Shown: positions 20,095 through 30,266 of the stretch, in pieces | How positions within the stretch are numbered: position 1 is the first letter of the stretch | How the letters are laid out: every line of letters begins with the position of its first letter | From: Nitrosomonas europaea | GTDB lineage: Bacteria > Pseudomonadota > Gammaproteobacteria > Burkholderiales > Nitrosomonadaceae | DNA: 32,000 bases | Assembly: GCF_900167395.1 (NCBI RefSeq) | Contig: NZ_FUWK01000027.1 | Span: forward strand, 1-32,000 | Direction of reading: 5' to 3' | Translations under genes and position numbers: made by a program | The notes under the pieces: generated by a model | What the model saw: only the letters and a program-made list of their open reading frames with translations | The model's database searches: none | What the model was told of the DNA's origin: nothing

Positions 20095-20418
20095 ATGAAA
20101 GCCAATTTGGGTAATCTGATGAAGCAGGCCCAGCAAATGCAGGAAAATATGAAGGCCATGCAGGAAAAGCTGGCGGCGATAGAGGTAGAAGGTCAGGCGG
20201 GAGCAGGGATGGTCAAAGTGACCATGACCTGTCGCTATGATGTGAAACGGGTCAATATCGACAGCAGCCTGATCGGTGATGACAAGGAAATGCTGGAGGA
20301 TCTGGTGGCCGCTGCCGTGAATGATGCGGTGCGCCGAGTGGAAACCGTAACACAGGAAAAAATGGCGAGTGTGGCCGGCGGTTTGGGATTACCCGCGGGA
20401 ATGAAATTCCCTTTCTGA
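20095..20418 (+). CDS. ybaB: YbaB/EbfC nucleoid-associated DNA-binding protein
   Basis: [26 protein letters not shown]...[12 protein letters not shown]. Immediately downstream of dnaX. I chose the ATG at 20095. Confidence 0.93.
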   Translation: MKANLGNLMKQAQQMQENMKAMQEKLAAIEVEGQAGAGMVKVTMTCRYDVKRVNIDSSLIGDDKEMLEDLVAAAVNDAVRRVETVTQEKMASVAGGLGLPAGMKFPF

Positions 20419-20473
20419 ACTAAATCTGGTCACGTATTCCTGACGGGCCGGCTCAAACACAGGATTTATCGTC

Positions 20474-21326
20474 ATGTCGGCTGATCGGCTGAAGAACCAG
20501 AAACCCCGGCGCATACGCAAAGCATCTCCCGCCTCGAAACAATCCGGTGCTGCGCCTGCTGCTATTGAAACCAGCAGATTGCAAAAGCTGCTGGCACGTA
20601 ACGGACTGGGTTCACGTCGGGAAATCGAAGACATGATCGCTGCCGGGCGCGTGAGTATCAATGGAGTGACGGCCAAACCCGGTGATCGTGCCGGACCTGG
20701 TGACATGATACGGATAGACGGAAAAATTATCCGGTTCAGGCTCGCCGCGCTTTTACCACGAGTCATCATTTATCATAAGCCGGAAGGCGAGATCGTCAGT
20801 GTGCGTGACCCGCAGGGACGGCCATCGGTATTTGACAAACTGCCGCACATACGATCTTCAAAATGGATAGCGATAGGCAGGCTGGATTTCAATACCAGCG
20901 GGCTGCTGATTTTTACGACGGATGGTACCCTGGCCAATCACCTGATGCATCCGCGTTACCAGATGGAGCGGGAGTACGCAGTACGTATCGTTGGCGAACT
21001 GACCCCGGAACAGATTACTCGCCTCACTACCGGTATCGAACTGGAAGATGGTCTGGCAAAATTCGATCAGTTGCTCGATGAAGGCGGAACGGGAACGAAT
21101 CACTGGTATCGCATCATGCTGAAAGAAGGCAGAAACCGTGAAGTACGTCGGATGTTCGAAGCACTGGGATTGACGGTCAGCCGCCTGATTCGTGTCAGGT
21201 TTGGTCCTGTCAATCTGCCACCCCGACTCAAGCGCGGTATGTGGATTGAGCTGATGGATATAGAAGTGGAGCAGTTATTGAAGCTGGTCAGTCAGCCGGG
21301 TGCCGGAATTCCGGATAAACCTCCTT

Positions 21327-21352
<26 letters not shown>
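20474..21352 (+). CDS. rluB: 23S rRNA pseudouridine synthase B (RsuA/RluB family)
   Basis: S4 domain RLQKLLARNGLGSRREIEDMIAAGRVS.NG. Catalytic region YHKPEG...RD.QGRP.VFD.LP...W.A.GRLD.NTSGLL.FT.DG. Also GRNREVRR.FEA.G..VSRLIRVR.G. Confidence 0.9.
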
Positions 21353-23294
<1,942 letters not shown>

Positions 23295-23361
23295 AGTCTG
23301 GAGAGAAGCAGGTAACCGGAAGAGCAATATTGACATCAATAGCCTGGCGGGGGAATACAAA

Positions 23362-24972
23362 ATGAAGCCGTTGCGAGGTAAAGCATTACTGAATGATCCT
23401 GTACAAAATAAATCCACTGCTTTCACCCGGGAGGAACGCGAACGCTATGGTTTGCAGGGATTGCTGCCATATAGTGTGACGGATATCGGGAAACAGCAGC
23501 AGCGGGTACTGGCCAATCTGCGCAGTAAGAACAGCAATATCGAGAAGTACGGATATTTGAACGACCTGCTCGAACGGAACCAGCGGCTGTTTTATCGCAC
23601 GCTGATCGACTATATTGGTGAAATCATGCCCCTGGTCTATACGCCCACCGTAGGTGAAGCTTGCATGAAGTTCACACAGATTTTCAGAAAACCGCAGGGG
23701 TTTTACATTACTCCGGAAGATCGGGGAAAAATCCTGCCTTTGTTTGAGAACTGGCCGGAGAATGATGTGCGGATCATCGTCGTCACCGATGGAGAGCGCA
23801 TCCTCGGGCTTGGAGATCTGGGCGCAAACGGTATGGGAATACCGATCGGGAAAATGGCTTTGTATGTGGCTTGCGCCGGCATTCGTCCCGAGTACTGTAT
23901 GCCGGTCATGCTGGATGTGGGTACCAGTAATCAGATACTGCGGGAAGATCCACTGTATCTGGGTTACCCGCGTCCGCGGCTGACTGGTCAGGATTATCTG
24001 TCACTGGTGGAGGAATTCGTGGCGGCCGTACAGAATAAATTTCCGCAGGCATTGATCCAGTTCGAGGATTTCAGCAGTCAGAATGCATTCAGATTGCTGG
24101 ATCGTTATGCCGGGTCGGTTCGATGTTTCAATGACGATATTCAGGGAACGGCTGCGGTTACGCTGGCGGGTATTTATGCTTCCTGCCGGATTACGCACAA
24201 ACCATTTGTTGATCTGAAAATCATGCTGCTGGGAACGGGTTCGGCCGCAACCGGTGTCGCTGAACTGTTGTTGTCAGCATTCATGATGGCTGGATTGAGT
24301 GAAGCTGAAGCTCGTTCCAGAATCAGTTTCGTGGACAGGCAGGGCCTGGTGGTGACTGTTCGGGAAGAGATCAAGCCGCGTGTCCGATCCTTTGCCAGTG
24401 AACATGCCGCAATGGATTTCGTGGGTGCAATTACCGCTATCCGGCCGGACGTACTGATCGGTGCAACGGGAACTGCAGGCGCATTCGATGAGATCGCGAT
24501 TCGTCAAATGGCACGATGTCAGGAACATCCGGTGATCATCGCACTTTCCAATCCAACCTCACATACGGAATGTACTGCTGACCAGGCGTACCGGTGGAGT
24601 GATGGACGCGCTGTTTTTGCAAGTGGCAGTCCATTTGCTCCGGTCACGCTGGATGGACGAACCCGTTACCCGGCGCAGGGAAATAATGTGTATATCTACC
24701 CTGGAATCGGGCTGGGGATGGTGGCCAGCCATGCACGTCTGGTCGTTGAGCATATGTTTCTGGCCACGGCCGAAGAACTGGCGAATTGTGTGTTACCTGA
24801 AGAAATCGAACGTGGATCGATTTATCCGGAGATTGCCCGGGTACGCGATGTTTCACAAAAGATCGCCGTCAAGGTTTGTCAGGTGGCCCGTCAGGAGGGA
24901 CTGGCCGGCGTGGATCTACCTGATGACCTGGAAACGTATGTGTACACCCTGATGTATGAGCCTGGTTATTGA
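23362..24972 (+). CDS. maeA: Malic enzyme, NAD(P)-dependent oxaloacetate-decarboxylating (large SfcA/MaeA family)
   Basis: Contains LLNDP..NK.TAFT..ER...GL.GLLP, YTPTVGEAC, ITDGERILGLGDLG..GMGIP.GK..LY, FNDDIQGTAAV. The ATG at 23362 gives the conserved N-terminus. Confidence 0.9.
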   Translation: MKPLRGKALLNDPVQNKSTAFTREERERYGLQGLLPYSVTDIGKQQQRVLANLRSKNSNIEKYGYLNDLLERNQRLFYRTLIDYIGEIMPLVYTPTVGEACMKFTQIFRKPQGFYITPEDRGKILPLFENWPENDVRIIVVTDGERILGLGDLGANGMGIPIGKMALYVACAGIRPEYCMPVMLDVGTSNQILREDPLYLGYPRPRLTGQDYLSLVEEFVAAVQNKFPQALIQFEDFSSQNAFRLLDRYAGSVRCFNDDIQGTAAVTLAGIYASCRITHKPFVDLKIMLLGTGSAATGVAELLLSAFMMAGLSEAEARSRISFVDRQGLVVTVREEIKPRVRSFASEHAAMDFVGAITAIRPDVLIGATGTAGAFDEIAIRQMARCQEHPVIIALSNPTSHTECTADQAYRWSDGRAVFASGSPFAPVTLDGRTRYPAQGNNVYIYPGIGLGMVASHARLVVEHMFLATAEELANCVLPEEIERGSIYPEIARVRDVSQKIAVKVCQVARQEGLAGVDLPDDLETYVYTLMYEPGY

Positions 24973-25016
24973 AACCGTCCGCCCCGGATCACAGCCGCAA
25001 CAGGGGGACGATCAGA

Positions 25017-25847
25017 TTATTCGAACAGATTGACGATACCGTCGAGTCCGACATGGTTGAGGGAAAAAGTCGCTTTTTCCCTCAATATGGGTTTTGCATG
25101 GAAGGCGATACCGACGCCTGATTCCTCCAGCATCTTCAGATCGTTGGCACCATCCCCGACAGCAATGACCTGCTCTTTACTCAGTCCGAGTTCATCCCGT
25201 ATCCGTTTCAGGATTTCTCCTTTGCCGGATGCGCCGATGATATTACCCAGCACGCGCCCGGTCAGCTTGCCATCCTGCACTTCGAAAGTATTGGCAAATG
25301 CATAATCCAGATTGAGGCGGTCTTTGACCCGATCGGTGAAAAAGGTGTAGCCGCCCGAAATCACCATGGTTTTGATACCTGCAGACTGCATACGCTGGAG
25401 CATTTTCTCAGCACCGCGGTTCAGTCGGACACGTTCATCATAAACTTTCTGCAGCGCCTCTTGTGGAAGCCCTTCGAGCAGGGCGGTGCGGCGGGTGAGG
25501 CTTTCAGCGAAGCTGATTTCCCCGCGCATGGTGCTTTGAGTAATGGCAGAAACTTGCGGTTTGACATTGTGCATGTCAGCAATTTCATCAATGGATTCGA
25601 TGGCGAGCAATGTCGAATCCATATCCATGGCGATCAGACCGAAATCAGTCAGTTTCTTGCCTGATGGGACGAAGGCATGATCCAGACTGGCTTCTTCGCA
25701 GTATTCCGTTATATCCGGATGGGGTTGAGCATCCAGCAGTCGGAAGGCTTCTCCGGTGATACGATCGATCCGGCTGGCTTCCGCAAGTTTGGCAATGGCA
25801 CGTAAATCGTTATTCTGAACGTCGTTTCCTTGAATGATGAGGTTCAT
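25017..25847 (-). CDS. serB: Phosphoserine phosphatase (HAD superfamily, SerB)
   Basis: HAD motif I (A)MDMDSTLL..E.IDE.A, with later ISGG...F, GDGANDL.M...AG.GIAFHAKP. Confidence 0.88.
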   Translation of the reverse strand: MNLIIQGNDVQNNDLRAIAKLAEASRIDRITGEAFRLLDAQPHPDITEYCEEASLDHAFVPSGKKLTDFGLIAMDMDSTLLAIESIDEIADMHNVKPQVSAITQSTMRGEISFAESLTRRTALLEGLPQEALQKVYDERVRLNRGAEKMLQRMQSAGIKTMVISGGYTFFTDRVKDRLNLDYAFANTFEVQDGKLTGRVLGNIIGASGKGEILKRIRDELGLSKEQVIAVGDGANDLKMLEESGVGIAFHAKPILREKATFSLNHVGLDGIVNLFE

Positions 25848-25933
25848 GAGAATTATTTTATTTTAAGTAAGTGACGGAGCAGGCACTATACATGGAATGT
25901 TGTGCCGTATAAATGCTGTGCGGACAGGTGTGA

Positions 25934-27409
25934 TCAGCTTTTCAAAAGTGATGTAAGCGACGGGTTCCATTCAGCGATCCGGTTGCGGCCGGCATGTTTG
26001 GCGGCATACAACGCCCGATCTGCAGCTTCCAGCATTTCTCTGTGAGTCGAGAACGATTTTTCCTTGTCCATGTTGACGGCCAGGCCGATGGAAGTCGTGA
26101 TGCGAATGGTATTCACCTCGTTTGGCTTGTAGGCAATGGCTGCAATACTTTCCATTATCCTGGTAAGGGTGTGACGCGCAGCCGAAAGTGTAGTACCTGG
26201 CAGAATCAGGGCAAACTCATCGCCACCATACCGGCAAAGAATATCTGTTTGGCGGATCTGCTCGGTAATGGCTCTGGCAATCGTAACCAGTACGCCATCC
26301 CCTGCAACATGTCCGTAAGTATCGTTAAAGGTCTTGTAATTGTCGATATCGATCATTGCCAGAGAAAGCGGTGATCCCTGCTGAATCGAAAGCTGAAATT
26401 CATTCTGGAATGTTTCGTCGAAGAAAGCCCGGTTGTGTGCGCCTGTCAAACCATCATGCCGGATTTTATCTCCAAGTTCGCGAACCTTGATGGTGGCGTG
26501 CACTATCAGTAATTCCCTGGCTTCGGTAACGATGCTGCTGAGATGAGCCGGGTTCAGAATGGTGATTTCGAACAGATCCTCTACATGCTGCAACTCATTC
26601 TGCATGGCCTCGAGAACTTCTATCAATGCATGTTCGTCGAGGCCGAGATAAGCTTCTGCTATGCGGGTTACTTCACCAATTTTCTCTTTTCTGTCCTGTG
26701 AAAGAAAATAATCCGTAACGTATCCGGAGGTGGCGACACATTCGTTGATCCCGGCATTGGGTTTTCCTGGTGCGGTATGGCTGTAGCGGCAGGCAGCAGG
26801 TACATAACCGGGAAACTTCCAGTATTCGAGCAATGCGGCACCCAGTTCATCATGCCCTACGCCGAATGTTTCGCGTTCAGCCGCAAGGAGGGCATTATGA
26901 TTGTCTGCAAGTGAAAAAACTGAAGGATAGTCTTCGGGCAGAAGTGCATGGAAAGCGAGAATCCCGATATCCTGCAGTAATCCCGCGAGGAACAGATCAT
27001 CCAGCATCCTGCTCATTCCCAGGCGTTCACCCAGAGCGCGACTGGCCAGTGCCGAGGTGATCGAACGACGCCAGAAGATGTTGCTGCCGGCCATACCCAG
27101 TTTTTTCCCGGATTGTTTTACCAGAGAATCAGCCAGCGAGAAGGACAATGCTATCGTAGTCACACCGTATGTTCCCAGAATACCGGTCGCCTGACTGATG
27201 TTGCTGACTGGATACCTGGATTTATACAGTGGAGAGTTGGCGGTTTTGATAATTTTGGCGGCAAGTGCAGGATCAAGCGAGATATAATGGTTTATCTGCG
27301 TAAGACTGGTGTCTGCATTACCTGCCAGATCAATGATTTTCAGCACAATAGAAGGCAAACTGGGCAGGTTTGTACAAAACCGCAATTGTTCGAGTAAGTT
27401 TTCTTTCAT
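25934..27409 (-). CDS. HDOD domain - GGDEF domain protein (putative diguanylate cyclase)
   Basis: N-terminal LPSLPS...KI..L..........I...I..DPAL.AKI.K.ANS..Y (HDOD). C-terminal DGLTGA.NR..F, an RQTD I-site five residues before RYGGDEF, and ADRALY.AK..GRN. Confidence 0.85.
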   Translation of the reverse strand: MKENLLEQLRFCTNLPSLPSIVLKIIDLAGNADTSLTQINHYISLDPALAAKIIKTANSPLYKSRYPVSNISQATGILGTYGVTTIALSFSLADSLVKQSGKKLGMAGSNIFWRRSITSALASRALGERLGMSRMLDDLFLAGLLQDIGILAFHALLPEDYPSVFSLADNHNALLAAERETFGVGHDELGAALLEYWKFPGYVPAACRYSHTAPGKPNAGINECVATSGYVTDYFLSQDRKEKIGEVTRIAEAYLGLDEHALIEVLEAMQNELQHVEDLFEITILNPAHLSSIVTEARELLIVHATIKVRELGDKIRHDGLTGAHNRAFFDETFQNEFQLSIQQGSPLSLAMIDIDNYKTFNDTYGHVAGDGVLVTIARAITEQIRQTDILCRYGGDEFALILPGTTLSAARHTLTRIMESIAAIAYKPNEVNTIRITTSIGLAVNMDKEKSFSTHREMLEAADRALYAAKHAGRNRIAEWNPSLTSLLKS

Positions 27410-27511
27410 ACATCCTTCTCAGGTGGTGAACAGATAGCGTGCTTATTCATTCTGGATTTCCGAGAACAGTCATTCTACCCGATATAATTCCATGAAAACA
27501 CTGGAGAAGGG

Positions 27512-27583
27512 CTATTAATCAAACTCATTTGTGTTGAATGTCGTGAACTATTAATTAAACCTATTTGTGTCGAATGTCGCAAG
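27512..27583. repeat. Tandem direct repeat, 2 x 36 bp (29/36 identical)
   Basis: Unit 1 (27512-27547) is CTATTAATCAAACTCATTTGTGTTGAATGTCGTGAA. Unit 2 (27548-27583) is CTATTAATTAAACCTATTTGTGTCGAATGTCGCAAG. The units are head-to-tail with no spacer, in the divergent GGDEF/pepA intergenic region. Confidence 0.85.
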
Positions 27584-27699
27584 CAGGATTCCGGAATATG
27601 GCAGGAAGTTCAGTTTTTGATTTGGAAGCAGAAGTATGGCCATAGTCCGATCGGTAGCCATTATCAAAAATAAACAAATAAAACAGGAGTAATAAAACC

Positions 27700-29193
27700 G
27701 TGGACTTCGCAATCAGATCCGATAATCCGGAAAAATACCGTGGCGACTGTATTGTCGTCGGGGTGTTCGAATCTCGTAAACTGACTGAAGCAGCCAGAGT
27801 GCTGGATGAAGCTGGCAAAGGCCATCTTGGCAGGATCGTGGATCAGGGGGATATGGATGGCAGGGCAAACACGACACTGTTATTGCACGGTATTTCCGGC
27901 ATCGACAGTAAGCGTGTATTACTGATCGGGCTGGGTAAAGAAGAGGAATTCGGGGAAAAAGTATTTCTGGATGTTGTTCGTACAACATTCAAAGCGCTGC
28001 AGCCGACTGGCGCGAAGGATGTCGGCTTGTATCTGACCGAACTTACCGTAAAAGGAAGAGATGTTGCCTGGAACGTGTTGCAGACGGTGATCCTGGCCGA
28101 AGAAAGTGCATATCGCTTCGATCGTCTCAAGAGCAAGCCCGAGGGGCGCCAGCCCTCCCTGGCCAAGGTAGATATTGGCATCACCGACACATCCACAGCA
28201 GCAGCGGTAGAAACGGCATTGCAGCAGGGGCTGGCCATTGCACACGGCATGAAAGTGACCAAGGATCTGGGCAATCTTGCTCCCAATATCTGCACACCTT
28301 CCTATCTGGCCGGACAGGCTGAAGAAATGGCCAGAACGTTCAATCTCAAATTCTCCGTACTGGAAGAAAAAGACATGGAAGAACTGGGCATGGGTGCATT
28401 ACTGGCCGTAGCACGTGGTAGCCACCAGCCGGCCAAGCTGATTGTGTTGGAATATCATGGTGGAAAAGATTCGGAAAAACCGGTTGCCCTGGTCGGCAAA
28501 GGTGTAACGTTCGATGCGGGTGGTATTTCACTGAAACCGGCTGCCGAAATGGACGAAATGAAATACGATATGGGTGGCGCTGCAAGTGTATTCGGTACGC
28601 TGACAGCCGTTGCAGAGCTGAAGTTGCCGATCAATGTGATCGGTGTTATCCCGACCACTGAAAATCTGCCAGGAGGTAATGCGACCAAACCGGGTGATGT
28701 CGTTACCAGCCTTTCCGGTCAGACGATCGAAATACTCAATACCGATGCGGAAGGACGGTTGATTTTATGTGATGCTCTGGCTTACACGGAACGTTACGAT
28801 CCGGAAGTCGTGGTGGACATCGCAACGCTTACCGGTGCTTGTGTGGTTGCTCTGGGCCATGTGGTATCCGGAGTGATGGGTAACGATGAGCCGCTCGTAC
28901 AGGAGCTGCTTCAGGCAGGTGAGCAAACTTATGATCGTGCCTGGCATCTGCCGCTGTTCGATGAATACCAGGAACAGCTCAAGAGTAATTTTGCCGACAC
29001 TGCCAATATTGGCAGCCGCTGGGGAGGTGCTATCACCGCTGCGTGTTTCCTGTCACGGTTTACCAAGAAATTTCGCTGGGCACACTTGGATATTGCCGGT
29101 ACAGCCTGGAAATCCGGCAAGGAAAAAGGGGCCACCGGGCGTCCGGTTCCATTGCTGACGCAGTTCCTGATCAGCCGTGCAAACAAACATTAA
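27700..29193 (+). CDS. pepA: Leucyl aminopeptidase (M17 family)
   Basis: GTG start 10 nt after AGGAG. N-terminus [23 protein letters not shown] parallels E. coli [23 protein letters not shown]. Contains VGKG.TFD.GGIS.KP...M.EMKYDM.GAA and [8 protein letters not shown].LCD. Confidence 0.96.
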   Translation: [497 protein letters not shown]

Positions 29194-29218
29194 GGAACAT
29201 TAACTTCTCAAAGCTGAT

Positions 29219-29647
29219 GTGACACAGATTGATTTTTACACTGGGGCAGCAGACAGATTGCTGATAGCCTGTCGCCTGTGTGCAAAAGCGGTGCAGCAGG
29301 GGTTGAAAACCGTCGTCTATGTTCCGGATGAGCGTCTGGCAGGCCAGTTTGATAAGTTACTCTGGACGTTTACACCCACCGGCTTCGTGCCGCATTGCCG
29401 GGTGGATAACAAGCTGGCAGATGTGACGCCCGTAATAATGAACAGTCGGCCCGTATTGATGGAAGCCGGCTGTTTTGGTGTATTACTCAATCTGGATGCG
29501 GATGTTCCGCCAGGATTTGAACAGTTTCCACGCGTGGTGGAAATTGTTGATGAAGCAGAGGATGGTAAACTGCAGGCGCGCAAACGTTACCGGCACTACC
29601 AGGAACAGGGACACGATGTTCGCCATCACCGGCTCGATGGAAATTGA
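29219..29647 (+). CDS. holC: DNA polymerase III chi subunit
   Basis: 142 aa with IDFY......RL..ACRL..KA...G.K..VY..DE.....D..LWTF....F.PH. The pepA-holC-valS neighbourhood is conserved as in E. coli. GTG start. Confidence 0.85.
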   Translation: MTQIDFYTGAADRLLIACRLCAKAVQQGLKTVVYVPDERLAGQFDKLLWTFTPTGFVPHCRVDNKLADVTPVIMNSRPVLMEAGCFGVLLNLDADVPPGFEQFPRVVEIVDEAEDGKLQARKRYRHYQEQGHDVRHHRLDGN

Positions 29648-29719
29648 TGGGTTTTCTGGCGATATAAGAATGGTTCATATCTCGGATTTTGCATTTTTTA
29701 TCCGTCGAGGAGCAATCTG

Positions 29720-30130
29720 GTGACTGACGATCAGCCTGATCTTTCTGCAGAACCGGAAGAAGATGAACTTCTGCTGGGTAAAGTGGATTCGATGTTGCAC
29801 CGGCATCGGCGCGAACAGTCTTCCCTCATGCAATCGTCGGAACAGACTGTTGCAAAGCTGGATGATCCTGGGGAAATGCTGCCTGCCGAAGTCGGACCTG
29901 TTGAAGTACCTCAGAATGATGAGAGTGTATCGTCCGAGGTCGACGGGATTCCCGTTCTGACTGAGCAGGTGACGCTCGTGCTGGACGAATGGCCCTCCCA
30001 GTCAGAAATCTCCGAGCTGCTGTATTTTGCCTTTGATGCAGCATTGAGAGAAACCTCCATCCATCTTGATCCTGCTGAGCGGCTTACCCTGATACAAGCA
30101 TTGGGAAAACGGCTACCCAAGAATCTTTAA
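29720..30130 (+). CDS. Hypothetical acidic protein, 136 aa
   Basis: GTG start 7 nt after GAGGAG (29707-29712). By my count it has 29 D/E against 10 K/R. I recognise no motif. It fills the holC-valS gap on the same strand. Confidence 0.55.
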   Translation: MTDDQPDLSAEPEEDELLLGKVDSMLHRHRREQSSLMQSSEQTVAKLDDPGEMLPAEVGPVEVPQNDESVSSEVDGIPVLTEQVTLVLDEWPSQSEISELLYFAFDAALRETSIHLDPAERLTLIQALGKRLPKNL

Positions 30131-30266
30131 GCCATTCATTCTGCCTTCATTGGTTATAATGACCGGTTTTATTCTACCGGTTCGCCTTAGGAAATTCTGA
30201 GAGACAACTGCCTTCTACATCTTGTCTGGCGCTTTTTTTCAGCATTTCCTCAATTACCTGATCATC

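Noticed and set aside
24973-25016. Inverted repeat GTCCGCCCC...GGGGGAC between convergent maeA and serB as a bidirectional terminator
   Set aside because: The stem is imperfect with a bulge, the loop is 18 nt, and there is no U-run on either strand.
30155-30239. valS leader elements: a perfect TATAAT (30155-30160), an ACCGGT...ACCGGT hairpin (30162-30181), and an AGACAA/TTGTCT hairpin followed by T7 (30202-30239)
   Set aside because: There is no acceptable -35. The terminator-like stem is only 6 bp, AT-rich, has a 14-nt loop and sits 5 nt from the T-run. This is too weak to call a promoter or attenuator without data.
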